DNA of 61,778 bases from a virus (lineage: Duplodnaviria > Caudoviricetes). The notes under the pieces are model-generated. The model worked only from the letters and a program-made list of their open reading frames with translations. It was not told the DNA's origin and made no database searches. Every line of letters begins with the position of its first letter. Positions within the stretch are counted from its first letter, which is position 1. Position numbers and translations under genes: made by a program. The DNA is taken from the IMG/VR virus record IMGVR_UViG_3300025141_010303, positions 1 to 61,778 of that record; one strand, written 5' to 3'. Shown here one piece after another: positions 44,557-55,312 of this stretch.

Positions 44557-45797
44557 TTAATTAACTCCTTCTCATATGTTTTTAATAAATTAATTACTAG
44601 TTCAAATATATCATATAACATCACCTCACCAACTTCACCACTGTCTTGTAAAATCTCTGGAAGTTGAGTTAAAAATTGAAAATTGTCATTTGTTAATTTA
44701 GATGCATCAAACTCTACAACTATATCATGCTCTAACGTTGCCTCACCATGATTATACTCTATCTTTGACTGTAAATTATATAAAGTATTTTTTTGTTCTT
44801 TTGTAATGTAATCTATAATATTAATATCCGGTTCTTCAACATAAATTTTAGAACACCAGGGTTCTAATGCTTCCAATATTTTAAGTGTACATTTATCAAC
44901 AACAAAACAAATATCATATTTGGGTAATATAATTGGTTTCATCATTTCATCGTGTTTTACCATATGCCCCCATTTACGAATAAAATTTCTTGTGCTTCGT
45001 TCATTCTGTTTCAACCACTCATCTGTTTCTCTATTCTTCATAAACACTTCACCAGTCGGGTTTCTCTTAGCACCATCAGCAAACCTTGAACCTCTACAAG
45101 TCATGTGATATACAAAACCATTCCAAGTCTGAACTAACTTATATCCAGCCAATACAAATCTATTAAATATATCTGAATCTTCCTTTGACTGTGGTGCATA
45201 CAGTGGGTCGTGCCCGCCAATGGATTGAAAATCTTCTTTCATTATAGCCCATGGTGCAAAGATACCCTCTGTGGTTGTATTTTTTTTATATGATTCATAT
45301 TCATTTAACAATTCTTGTTCTCTAAACTCTTCTGGTTCAATCCCAAAATCTTTAATAATTTTCTCAGGACCAGGTGGATGTAAAGGTGGCTCTATACGAG
45401 TTGCACTTACTACCTTACCTCGTTCTAAATGTTTAAGTATCTCCGTATCTAAGTTAGGACAGGCATACATATCACTATGCCAAATCATAACTATATCATT
45501 AGTTGCCACTTCATTTATAAGTTTATCATATCCTAAAGTGTGTCCCATTCTGTTTGGTTCACCTGTGTTTTCTCCAAACCAAGTTCCATCATTTACAACA
45601 AATTTGAAATTTTTATCTTTCTTTACCGTTTCCTCACACCATTCTACTGTTCCATCATTTGAAAAATCTGATAAAACACATATCTCGTGCCTATAACCTA
45701 AATTCTTTCTGATGCTATTATAACTCCACTCTAAATAAACTTTATTATTTCTTGATGGATTAATGAAACTTATTACTCTATCGTCTCGTTTTGACAT
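44544..45797 (-). CDS. Glycosyltransferase family 2
   Basis: DFSNDGT, HSDM, GGHD...EDSD, VYH. Confidence 0.8.
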   Translation of the reverse strand: MSKRDDRVISFINPSRNNKVYLEWSYNSIRKNLGYRHEICVLSDFSNDGTVEWCEETVKKDKNFKFVVNDGTWFGENTGEPNRMGHTLGYDKLINEVATNDIVMIWHSDMYACPNLDTEILKHLERGKVVSATRIEPPLHPPGPEKIIKDFGIEPEEFREQELLNEYESYKKNTTTEGIFAPWAIMKEDFQSIGGHDPLYAPQSKEDSDIFNRFVLAGYKLVQTWNGFVYHMTCRGSRFADGAKRNPTGEVFMKNRETDEWLKQNERSTRNFIRKWGHMVKHDEMMKPIILPKYDICFVVDKCTLKILEALEPWCSKIYVEEPDINIIDYITKEQKNTLYNLQSKIEYNHGEATLEHDIVVEFDASKLTNDNFQFLTQLPEILQDSGEVGEVMLYDIFELVINLLKTYEKELIKCER

Positions 45798-46761
45798 TTA
45801 TAACCTCTCTCATAACTTTTTTCATATTATAAATATATATATCTTCTCCGAAAAGTTTATTATAATTTTCTTTAGTTTCTTCTGAACATCTTTTATAGAA
45901 TTTGGGATTCTTGACTAATCTCATAGCAATCTCTCTAGCAAGATTTAAATTTCCATAACTTACTGTACAGTGTGGATGTAATTCTTCTTGTGTGTCTAAT
46001 CCACTGTAACCAATACAAGGTATTCCCCAATAAGCACAATTCAGAGCAAATGTTCCAGCAGCATGTGTTGGCATCAAGTGAACAGCGTACTTAAACTGAG
46101 ATAAATGATTGACCCAATCAACCCAATTCATGTATGGTAGGTGAGTTAGGTTTTCCATTTGATCTTCAAGATCTATTTTCCTACCCATTGATGGTGCATG
46201 TATTTCTACAGATTCTTTATCCCATTTACCAAACTCTGTTGCTGTCATATAAGAATCAAATCCCCCATACCATCTAACCATGTTACCACCAATTATCACA
46301 TTATTATTTTTTGTTTTTGATTCTTTAAGACTATCTTCAATCATTAAAGATTTATTCTGATAGATATGTTTCTTTTGTGTGAGTCCTTTAAAGTATTCAA
46401 CGTCAGATTGATTATGTGCAAATATCACATCCATTTCCATCAAAGTGTTATAAAACCATATCTGTTGTTCCATTGGATAATCTTGAAAATACCATACTGG
46501 ACCTTCTTGCATAAATCCTATCTTTTTACATACTCTTCTCATTTGTTCAGTCATGGAAAATTGCATTAAATTATCAATTTTTGTCTTCGGTATTATTACA
46601 ATACCCAAATCATACATATTATCTTGAAGTTTTGGTAATTTGTTAATAGGATGATGTATTGCATCAAGTGCAACATACCAAGCATATTCTGTTCTCATAT
46701 TATTAAAATCTCGTGAAATCTTACCATCAAATGGTGATTCACTAAAAAATGTTATTCTCAC
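45778..46761 (-). CDS. Putative GT-B glycosyltransferase
   Basis: AGTFALNCAYWGIPCIG C-terminal motif; cluster context. Confidence 0.6.
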   Translation of the reverse strand: MRITFFSESPFDGKISRDFNNMRTEYAWYVALDAIHHPINKLPKLQDNMYDLGIVIIPKTKIDNLMQFSMTEQMRRVCKKIGFMQEGPVWYFQDYPMEQQIWFYNTLMEMDVIFAHNQSDVEYFKGLTQKKHIYQNKSLMIEDSLKESKTKNNNVIIGGNMVRWYGGFDSYMTATEFGKWDKESVEIHAPSMGRKIDLEDQMENLTHLPYMNWVDWVNHLSQFKYAVHLMPTHAAGTFALNCAYWGIPCIGYSGLDTQEELHPHCTVSYGNLNLAREIAMRLVKNPKFYKRCSEETKENYNKLFGEDIYIYNMKKVMREVINVKTRR

Positions 46762-47432
46762 AATAACTCCTGTAATTTTGTGTATTTCAATTCATATTCT
46801 TGTTCTAAAAACTTCAAAATATTTCTAAAATTTTCATAATTTTTGTCATCCCAAATATTGTCATTCCAATCACCTGCTATGTGAGATTGAAACATAAAAG
46901 TATTTCCATATGATTGAATGGAGTCGGTTTCATGTATACCATCACAACCAACAAATGTTTTACAGTTCCATTTAACTCCATGGTTGTGTTGTTCATGGAT
47001 TGCTGCATAATCAAAATATCTACCTATAACTTTTATTGCATTTGTATGAGCTAGCCAACCAGGATTTCTCCAACCTTTTGGTCTGTAACCTACAGCTTCC
47101 CATTCAGATAAACACTCCTTTACTCTTTCTGAAGCTGATTCTTCTGTATCTGTTTCAAAAAACTCACACTCACCTATACCTTCTATTCTACAACTATGGT
47201 AATGACCATGAGCCGCTAACTCTACCCATTCCTTACTCTTCCAAAAATCAACCCAATCCTTAAATAATGTTAAAGGATATCTGTTATGATAATTAGATGG
47301 AATGAATAATGTAAACTTACAACCAAACTCCTTATTAAGTTCCTCTAAATACCCAACAGCTTCATCACCTTCACAACCCCAACCTTTTTCAGGATGTAAA
47401 TCATCTATTGATATTGTCACATTCTGTGTCAA
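46758..47432 (-). CDS. Polysaccharide deacetylase-like (DUF2334/NodB fold)
   Basis: ISIDD, ELAAHGHYH, WRNPGW. Confidence 0.7.
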   Translation of the reverse strand: MTQNVTISIDDLHPEKGWGCEGDEAVGYLEELNKEFGCKFTLFIPSNYHNRYPLTLFKDWVDFWKSKEWVELAAHGHYHSCRIEGIGECEFFETDTEESASERVKECLSEWEAVGYRPKGWRNPGWLAHTNAIKVIGRYFDYAAIHEQHNHGVKWNCKTFVGCDGIHETDSIQSYGNTFMFQSHIAGDWNDNIWDDKNYENFRNILKFLEQEYELKYTKLQELL

Positions 47433-48388
47433 AATTCTTCCTTAATAGTTTTAATTAATTCACTATAATCATTTTTATTACTATAATTTATTTTGTGTCC
47501 ATATTCTTTAGCTGATTCTATGTTATTTATTTCTTCTATAACATCAAACACAGGAATCACATTTGAATCAGATAATTTTCTCCAATAACTTTCATTTGAA
47601 AAATAATTAGGTCTTAACTCTCTGCCCTGAGTTATGTACAGAATGGTAACACCACCAAACAGACTTGACAGTATGCCATTCCCACCACACACACTTATAA
47701 ACTTTTCAGTATTTGCCATAATTTTTAATTGTACTTCATTATATGTGTATTGTGGATATTTTTTAACTATATCATCAAATAACCAAACATTATCCATATG
47801 ATTAGGTAAATCTCTATCACTAATAACACCAACACCTTCTACATTAGCTAATATATCTAAATTTAAATTCACTGAATTAAATTCATTTTGATCAATGGTA
47901 AATCCCTCTCTATTTGTTGGTCTTTTATATATGACAACATAATCATTTTCTGTTAGGTAAGTAAACATTTCATACAAAGTTGGTATATCAAAAAAATGAT
48001 ATTTTGGAGGGTTACCGTGTTCAAAATTATAAATATTAGATATGAAAACTATAGGTTTATCAAAATCAAATTCTGTATTTCTATAATGTCTTTTAAATGG
48101 TGGACATTCCCATTCTGAATAATCTAAAACTGCTGGTCTTGTCATTACAGTTCCAGCTTTGGTATCACCATGTATCCAGTTGTTAGGTAAATTATTTAAT
48201 CCAGCGGCTTCATTGTCAATAGTTCTATGTCTAAATGATTCCTCTACATCATCACAAAAATAATAAAAAGGTTTCATATCTTTAGATGTAATCACTTTAT
48301 CTAGTTCACCTCTTTGTTGTAACCAATAAGCATATGGAACTGCCAATGCCAATTCAATTCCAAATTCTGGATTTGTTTTTACAATCAT
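47429..48388 (-). CDS. Putative glycosyltransferase (GT9/GT-B-like)
   Basis: EFGIEL...PYAYW, FISVCGG; cluster context. Confidence 0.5.
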   Translation of the reverse strand: MIVKTNPEFGIELALAVPYAYWLQQRGELDKVITSKDMKPFYYFCDDVEESFRHRTIDNEAAGLNNLPNNWIHGDTKAGTVMTRPAVLDYSEWECPPFKRHYRNTEFDFDKPIVFISNIYNFEHGNPPKYHFFDIPTLYEMFTYLTENDYVVIYKRPTNREGFTIDQNEFNSVNLNLDILANVEGVGVISDRDLPNHMDNVWLFDDIVKKYPQYTYNEVQLKIMANTEKFISVCGGNGILSSLFGGVTILYITQGRELRPNYFSNESYWRKLSDSNVIPVFDVIEEINNIESAKEYGHKINYSNKNDYSELIKTIKEEF

Positions 48389-49032
48389 GATTTTACCATC
48401 TTTAATACATCAAAAGCTTCTGCATATTCTACTCCAATTTGATTTCCTCTATATCGTGCTAACACAGATAAACCATCTAAAATGTCATAACCTTGTTTCT
48501 TATATTTTTTGAGTTGACTGTCGTGACATTCACACATCTCTATTTTTTTATCAAACACATCAGTTACATCAACATAATAATTAGCGGTAGGATAAACATT
48601 TGTAATTCTTGGAACTGGTAATTGTTCATAACATAAAACATTGGATAATAATCTAGCAGATGCCATCGTTGTCTCCAAAGTAGCTATGTGGTCTTGATTC
48701 GTATCACCACCCCAATGTGTGTAAACTGTATCTATATCATAATCAATCATCAATTTTTCTAATTTAGAAACTGATTCAAAACTAAATGGTACATGTAAAT
48801 CTTTAAATGGTAAAAATTCCAAATTACATCCTAATAATTTAGCTGATTGTTCAGATTCATTTTTTAATTCTGTTTCACTTCTTAAACTTTCTCCAGTGAC
48901 ACCACTAATTGATTTAGAATTTGTCATTATAACCATCACAACATTGTCACCGTCATTTTTATGTCTAAACAAAGTTCCACCACAACCGAATTCTATATCA
49001 TCTGGATGAGCACCTACGGCCATTACATTCAT
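48385..49032 (-). CDS. PIG-L family deacetylase
   Basis: GAHPDDIEFGCGG, DTNQDH, HDSQ, AEAF. Confidence 0.9.
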   Translation of the reverse strand: MNVMAVGAHPDDIEFGCGGTLFRHKNDGDNVVMVIMTNSKSISGVTGESLRSETELKNESEQSAKLLGCNLEFLPFKDLHVPFSFESVSKLEKLMIDYDIDTVYTHWGGDTNQDHIATLETTMASARLLSNVLCYEQLPVPRITNVYPTANYYVDVTDVFDKKIEMCECHDSQLKKYKKQGYDILDGLSVLARYRGNQIGVEYAEAFDVLKMVKS

Positions 49033-49802
49033 TTATCATCTCCTATAGATTTTCCTAATATATCAACTGATACTTTTTTACCATGATTAAATAACAAGTC
49101 TATTGATGACATATTTGATATAAAATTACCATGCATCTGTTTATAGACTGGATGTTTAAAATTTTGAAAAAAGAAATTTACATTATTGTCTCTAAAAATA
49201 TCCTTATCTATGTATGTTCTACCAAGAGAACCAAATACAAAATTGTCAGCATTTACAACTTTACACATATTAATTATCAATTCAGATTTCTTTCCACTTA
49301 TATCATATCCTAACTCAATTAATTCAGAAGTTCTGTAAATAGGAACATTTACTTCAAATTTACCTAATATAAATTTACTAATTTTTATTATAAAATCTAA
49401 GAGAAATTCCTCATCCTCCAAATAAAGTTTTTCTATTTCTTCAAATAACGAATCAAAATAGAATGATTTTGAATAAGAATAATAAATAGCATTCAAATGT
49501 TTTTTCTTCCAATTTTGATTTTCATCTATCCTGACATCTTTCCAATTCAAGAGATGACTTCCCGCTTCCTTCAGTGGTATGTTCAACCACTGCCATCCAT
49601 CACCTTGTTTTATTCTTATCTTGTTCCTGTTCTGAAATACATCTTTTACATATTGAACATTATCTAAAATAAAATATACATCACCCATAATTGCTTTAGA
49701 TACATAACCAAGCCAAGGTAAAAATTCTGGTTGATGTGCTGTCAATATTATTCCACTGACATCCAATCTTCTTTTATCTAAACTTTTATCAATTTGTATC
49801 AT
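49029..49802 (-). CDS. wbqC: WbqC family protein (putative glycyl transferase)
   Basis: HQPEFLPWLGY, QNRNKI, HPVYKQ, SSIDLLFNHG. Confidence 0.88.
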   Translation of the reverse strand: MIQIDKSLDKRRLDVSGIILTAHQPEFLPWLGYVSKAIMGDVYFILDNVQYVKDVFQNRNKIRIKQGDGWQWLNIPLKEAGSHLLNWKDVRIDENQNWKKKHLNAIYYSYSKSFYFDSLFEEIEKLYLEDEEFLLDFIIKISKFILGKFEVNVPIYRTSELIELGYDISGKKSELIINMCKVVNADNFVFGSLGRTYIDKDIFRDNNVNFFFQNFKHPVYKQMHGNFISNMSSIDLLFNHGKKVSVDILGKSIGDDK

Positions 49803-50962
49803 TTTAATTCTGTAATACTTTCAATTAACATATCAGTAATGTTATTTATATCTCTTTCAGTCAATTCATAATACATCGGTAATGACAAATGTCTTTTCAT
49901 GATGTCATCAGAAACATCATATGGTTTGTTTTGTAAATAATTCTTATAAATTTCTTGTTTATGACAATTAGGATCATAAGCATTCGCATTTTCTATACCA
50001 CTTAAATATAATTTATTGGCTAACTTATCTCTATCAATGTTGGAATCAAGTATAAAATAATAGTTCCAATAAGAATGGACAACATTGTCTGGTTTTTTTA
50101 TCAAAGTTATGCCATCAACATCTTTGAGATTTTCAGCATATAGTTTCGCAATTTCATTTCTTTTTTTAACAAATTCATCTAAATGAGACAACTGTGCTAA
50201 ACCTATTATAGCTGAAGTTTCTGTCATTCTAAAGTTTTGTGATGGATTTATTGCTTTAACTCCATAGTCAACACCAATCAACTTACCTTTATTTCTAACT
50301 ACACCATGATATCTCAATATCCTAGCTCTGTCAACTAATTCTTTGTTATCTGTTGTAATCATACCACCCTCGCCGGTAACTAAAACTTTTGATGGGTAAA
50401 AAGAAAAACAGCCAACTTCACCTAAATTGCCAGCCATCACATTGTCGATTGAAGCACCGTGTGCATGAGCAGCATCTTCTATGATAAAAATATCCTTTTC
50501 ATCACATATTGATTTTATTTCATAAAAATCAGGCGAAATCAATCCAGCCATATGAACCCACATTATAGCTCCAACATCATCATCTAAATTATCTAAAATA
50601 CTTTTTTTAGACATACACAAAGTTTTTTCATCTATATCAACAATCAATGGAATGTTACCTGAAAGTATGATAGAATTTACACTTGCTAAAAAAGTATTGG
50701 TAGTTACAATTATTTTTTTATTCTTTAATCTCAATGATCTCATTGATATTTCCAATGCTGATGTACAAGAATTTGTAGCTACTGCATACTTTACACCTAT
50801 TTTTTCTGCAAATCTCTGTTCAAATTCTGATACATATTTTCCTTGAGAAATCTGACCTGTAGTTAATATTTCATCAATTTTTAATAAAATATTCTTTCTA
50901 TCATCTTCACTAAAATAAGGTTTCGCTCTTGGATAATATGTAGTTAAAGAATTAATTTTCAT
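49799..50962 (-). CDS. DegT/DnrJ/EryC1/StrS sugar aminotransferase
   Basis: NSCTSAL, EDAAHAHG, FSFYPSK (Lys present), GEGG. Confidence 0.9.
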   Translation of the reverse strand: MKINSLTTYYPRAKPYFSEDDRKNILLKIDEILTTGQISQGKYVSEFEQRFAEKIGVKYAVATNSCTSALEISMRSLRLKNKKIIVTTNTFLASVNSIILSGNIPLIVDIDEKTLCMSKKSILDNLDDDVGAIMWVHMAGLISPDFYEIKSICDEKDIFIIEDAAHAHGASIDNVMAGNLGEVGCFSFYPSKVLVTGEGGMITTDNKELVDRARILRYHGVVRNKGKLIGVDYGVKAINPSQNFRMTETSAIIGLAQLSHLDEFVKKRNEIAKLYAENLKDVDGITLIKKPDNVVHSYWNYYFILDSNIDRDKLANKLYLSGIENANAYDPNCHKQEIYKNYLQNKPYDVSDDIMKRHLSLPMYYELTERDINNITDMLIESITELK

Positions 50963-51746
50963 TTTTCCATCTTTCTATAAATGATTTCACAATATGATTT
51001 ATGTCATTAAATTTTATTCCAAATTCCATTTTTATATCATTGTTATCTATTTCAAAATGTTGATTTAAAAAAATAGATTCATCTGATTTTTCAACAGTAT
51101 GTTCTTTTATGTATAACTCTTTTTTAATTATATCAATAACTTCATTTACGGTTGTCTCTTTGTCACTTCCAATTTCGTATATTTTACCTTTTAGGTTGTT
51201 AGTTGATGAAATTATGTGTTCTAAACAATTTACCACATCCTTGACATCAACTAAATTTATGTGACAGTCACCATTGTCTATTTTTATACTTTCACCACCA
51301 ACTAATTTGTTGATAAAATATTCTAATCTCATTATATGATTTCCATAACCAACCACATAAGATGGTCTGACTATAGTATAATTCAAATCTGTATCACTTA
51401 ATTTTTTTTCTATATTTTCCTTTTCAATAGCATAAGAACCAAAAGTATCTTTATATCTGACAGCTGCACTACTTACAAAAATGTATCGTATGTTTTTTGG
51501 TATAAATTCTTTTATCAATTCAAATTGTTTCAAATTATAAAGACACATATCCACAATACAGTCAAAACTATCTAAATTTTGGGCGATGCATCGTATGGTG
51601 TTTATGTTTCTGTCAAACTTTATAATTTCAGCATTTTCATCACCGGAAACACTTCTGTTGAACAATACAACTTTATGTGATTCAACAAGTTTTTTTACCA
51701 ACAACTTGCCAATAAATCTGTTGCCTCCTATAACAGCTATTTTCAT
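50952..51746 (-). CDS. NAD-dependent epimerase/reductase (atypical SDR)
   Basis: GGNRFIG, YAIEK, IVRPSYVVG. Confidence 0.8.
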   Translation of the reverse strand: MKIAVIGGNRFIGKLLVKKLVESHKVVLFNRSVSGDENAEIIKFDRNINTIRCIAQNLDSFDCIVDMCLYNLKQFELIKEFIPKNIRYIFVSSAAVRYKDTFGSYAIEKENIEKKLSDTDLNYTIVRPSYVVGYGNHIMRLEYFINKLVGGESIKIDNGDCHINLVDVKDVVNCLEHIISSTNNLKGKIYEIGSDKETTVNEVIDIIKKELYIKEHTVEKSDESIFLNQHFEIDNNDIKMEFGIKFNDINHIVKSFIERWKNEN

Positions 51747-52634
51747 TTAAATCATTTCCTTGATTTCCTCAACAGTGAATCTTTCGGATTCATTAGAATA
51801 CGTTCCATCTTCTAAAATTCTTTCATGTAAATTTTCACCAGGCTGTAAACCAGTTGTTTTTATGTTTAATGTACAACCATCCGGTAAATACTTTTCACCC
51901 ATAGCCGTCAATAAATCACCTACTGACATAGATTTCATCTCTGGAACATATGGTTTTGAATCAGTAGCATTTTCCATACAATCATATATTAAATCTACTG
52001 CTTGTTCAACAGTCCAAAAATATCTCGTAGCTTCTGGTTCTGTAACTGTTACTTGTTCACCATTTTGTAATAATTCTTTCCATTTACACAAAACAGAACC
52101 CGTTGAATATAATACATTCCCATATCTAACTGTTCTAAATTTGATATTTGGATAGTTACTTTCAAATTGTTCAAATGACTTTTCCATAATATATTTAGTT
52201 GCACCATACACACCAGATATCTGAGCTGCTTTGTCTGTGCTGATACCAAGAACAAACTCAACATCACTGTTAACTGATTCTTCAAGAATATTCAATGAAC
52301 CAATCACATTTGACCGTGTACATTCTCTACACTTGTTCTCAGCCATACCCACATGCTTGAATGCAGCTAAATGAAATACACCATCTACACCTTTCATAGC
52401 TTGTTGTACATCAAATCTATCTGATACATCACCTGGTATTATTTTTACTGATGAATACTTTTGTTTTAATTTTAAAAGATTTCCCTCATTCCGTGACATA
52501 ACTGCCACTTCTGAATCGTTATTTAACAATCTTTTAATTAACTCATTACCTAAAAAACCACTGCCACCTGTGATTAAATATCTCTTATCATTTTTAACTT
52601 CTATCATTTTCTTTCCTATACTTTTTAATATCAC
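51747..52634 (-). CDS. UDP-GlcNAc 4,6-dehydratase (PseB/CapD-like)
   Basis: [31 protein letters not shown]. Confidence 0.85.
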   Translation of the reverse strand: MILKSIGKKMIEVKNDKRYLITGGSGFLGNELIKRLLNNDSEVAVMSRNEGNLLKLKQKYSSVKIIPGDVSDRFDVQQAMKGVDGVFHLAAFKHVGMAENKCRECTRSNVIGSLNILEESVNSDVEFVLGISTDKAAQISGVYGATKYIMEKSFEQFESNYPNIKFRTVRYGNVLYSTGSVLCKWKELLQNGEQVTVTEPEATRYFWTVEQAVDLIYDCMENATDSKPYVPEMKSMSVGDLLTAMGEKYLPDGCTLNIKTTGLQPGENLHERILEDGTYSNESERFTVEEIKEMI

Positions 52635-53571
52635 TTTCTACCATAATTTCTACTAAATCTTTAAAGGATGTTCTTGGTTTCCAATTTAATACCTCTCTCG
52701 CTTTTGTTGAATCCCCACGAAGGTAATCAACTTCCGCCGGTCTCATGTATCTTTCATCTTGACCTACAAACTGTTCCCAATTTGACAAACCAACATAATT
52801 AAAAGCTACATCTAAAAATTCTCTAATTGAATGAGTTTCACCGGTAGATATAACATAATCATCTGGTGTATCTTGTTGTAACATCAACCACATAGCTTCT
52901 ACATAGTCAGGAGAGTAACCCCAATCTCTTTCAGAATCAAGATTTCCAAGCACTATTTTATTTGATAATCCAGTTCTTATCTGTGCAATTCCATCTGAAA
53001 TCTTACGGGTTACAAATTCTATACCTCTCCGTTCAGATTCATGATTAAATAAAATGCCACTACAGTTAAACATGTCATAAGATTCCCTATAGTTCTTTGT
53101 AATCCAATGACCATATACTTTTGCAACCCCATAAGGACTTCTCGGATAAAATGGAGTGTCTTCTGTTTGAGGAGTTTCTTGTACCTTACCAAACATTTCC
53201 GATGAAGATGCCTGATAAAACTTTATTGGTTTTCCATATTCTCTAATTGCCTCTAATATTCTCATCACACCAAGTCCAGTAACATCACCTGTTTGTTCAG
53301 GCATTTTCCAACTTGCATACACAAATGATTGAGAAGCCAAATTATAAACTTCATCTGGATTACTGTCTCTTAACGCTCTCAACAGTGAACCTTGATCTGT
53401 TAAATCAGCTGTCAAAAATGTTATTTTATCTTTGAGATGTTCTGTATTTATTCTATTCTTTGAAGATGAACGTCTTTCAATGCCATATACTTCATACCCT
53501 TTTTCTAAAAGTAAATCAGCTAGATGACTTCCATCCATCCCAGTAATTCCTGTTATTAATGCTCTTTTCAT
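52594..53571 (-). CDS. gmd: GDP-mannose 4,6-dehydratase
   Basis: [43 protein letters not shown]. Confidence 0.95.
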   Translation of the reverse strand: MKRALITGITGMDGSHLADLLLEKGYEVYGIERRSSSKNRINTEHLKDKITFLTADLTDQGSLLRALRDSNPDEVYNLASQSFVYASWKMPEQTGDVTGLGVMRILEAIREYGKPIKFYQASSSEMFGKVQETPQTEDTPFYPRSPYGVAKVYGHWITKNYRESYDMFNCSGILFNHESERRGIEFVTRKISDGIAQIRTGLSNKIVLGNLDSERDWGYSPDYVEAMWLMLQQDTPDDYVISTGETHSIREFLDVAFNYVGLSNWEQFVGQDERYMRPAEVDYLRGDSTKAREVLNWKPRTSFKDLVEIMVESDIKKYRKENDRS

Positions 53572-54570
53572 TTAAACCTCCATAATTTCTTTAAAATCAT
53601 TATATTCATAAAATTTATCGTTACCACCAATGAGATTCTGTATGTTGTGTTGTGACAATCTTAAAAACTTTTGAAATTTGTTATTTTTTTTATCTATAAA
53701 TGAGTTTGGGTTATCTTCACCTAACACATATAATCTTTTATTTGGGTGTCTTCTCGCATGTACATGCAACAAATTCTTACATATGAATTGCATAAAGTTT
53801 TGTCCACATAACTTCTCAATCATTATAGATAATCCATGATCATCGTTATATAAAAGACAGGGTGGTATATTTACACCAAACTTTATCAAATCCGCTGACA
53901 ATACAAGACACGCTCCACTAATTTTTGGTTTAACTATGTATTCAAAATCAAAATCTTTAGCTTCAGCATTTATTTCATTCATTGTTTCTATTGGTAAAAA
54001 TGACTTAGCTTGATTTAAATTTAGATGTTGTTGATCGTCGTCCACAAATACAACATCTTTATATTTAGTGTGAACTAATGGATCCCAACTAGAATCCCAC
54101 ATTTTCCTATCCGCAAAACTTAATATATACCTATGAATGTTTTGTGAATCCGTATATTCTGATAATGACTCTATTGCCTGAAATGCCTCTCTAGGAAAGA
54201 AACTATCAGTTTCACCCCACATTATATAATCTACTTTCTTACAATAATTGTAATTCAAATCTCTTCTGTAATCAGTATGAAAGTAAAAAACATCTTTTCC
54301 AACTACCTTAGCATTTACCCCAAAACCTAAATCTTCTATTATGTGAACACCATCATTAAATTTTTGCAACAACTCTAGTTCTGAAATCTTATCATAATCT
54401 ATCTTTTCAATTTGTTCAGACATATTAAAACATAAATCAATTATGACATTATCTTTATTCTCTACAGTTTCTAATAAATTAACCATACCATCAATGAAAT
54501 CCTTATACATTTCAATTTCAAAGAACATTACATGCGTTCCTATTACATATTTATTTTTTAATTTAGTCAT
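53572..54570 (-). CDS. Putative GT-A glycosyltransferase
   Basis: WGETDSF DxD-like motif; cluster context. Confidence 0.5.
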   Translation of the reverse strand: MTKLKNKYVIGTHVMFFEIEMYKDFIDGMVNLLETVENKDNVIIDLCFNMSEQIEKIDYDKISELELLQKFNDGVHIIEDLGFGVNAKVVGKDVFYFHTDYRRDLNYNYCKKVDYIMWGETDSFFPREAFQAIESLSEYTDSQNIHRYILSFADRKMWDSSWDPLVHTKYKDVVFVDDDQQHLNLNQAKSFLPIETMNEINAEAKDFDFEYIVKPKISGACLVLSADLIKFGVNIPPCLLYNDDHGLSIMIEKLCGQNFMQFICKNLLHVHARRHPNKRLYVLGEDNPNSFIDKKNNKFQKFLRLSQHNIQNLIGGNDKFYEYNDFKEIMEV

Positions 54571-55312
54571 TTACTTCTCCATAAAGATACTTGTATGTTT
54601 TCTCCATCCAAAATGGTACACTTTCTTCTTTGTTTGGTAATCCATTGAAGTGCATAACACAACCTATATCAGCATGTAACATATCTTCACCTATAATTTC
54701 TTTTTTAGACATACAAGTCATATTATATTTATAAGATAATAATTTTATATCTACTTTGTGTCTATGTAACATAAAATTAAGAATAGTTTGATCTCTACCA
54801 ATACCAAACTTATCAACTAATTCGTTTATCAATTCTTTATTTTCAAAATATATTTTAATCATCTCTTGAAAAAATGATTTATGTTTTTTATTAACTATTT
54901 GAAATCCACCATTTCCATATTCCCAAAAGTCAAACCATTCATCTTTAAACAAATACTTATGATAATGTTCCATACCTCTTAAAATCCAATCATAACTACC
55001 ATCATCATGCACTAAACAATATTTATCATTTGTCTCTTCAAAAAAGTTAGGACAATCTGGATGAACTATTGTATCAGCATCTATCATTAAAACTTGATTG
55101 TAATCTATTTCATTATGTTCTAACATATCAAACAAATAATATCTTTGAAAGATAATATGCATTTCGTTCTGATCTAAAACTGGTTCTTCTAACAAAAATA
55201 ATTCAGCATTATTCTTTTCACAAAAATGTTTCCAAGAATTAATAGAATATTGATATTCTTTTTTATTCTCAGCATTGACAACAACCATAAACACTACATT
55301 TTTACTTGACAT
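54563..55312 (-). CDS. GT-A glycosyltransferase (GT8/GT34-like)
   Basis: MIDADT, NGG, DQTILN, HFNG. Confidence 0.75.
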   Translation of the reverse strand: MSSKNVVFMVVVNAENKKEYQYSINSWKHFCEKNNAELFLLEEPVLDQNEMHIIFQRYYLFDMLEHNEIDYNQVLMIDADTIVHPDCPNFFEETNDKYCLVHDDGSYDWILRGMEHYHKYLFKDEWFDFWEYGNGGFQIVNKKHKSFFQEMIKIYFENKELINELVDKFGIGRDQTILNFMLHRHKVDIKLLSYKYNMTCMSKKEIIGEDMLHADIGCVMHFNGLPNKEESVPFWMEKTYKYLYGEVND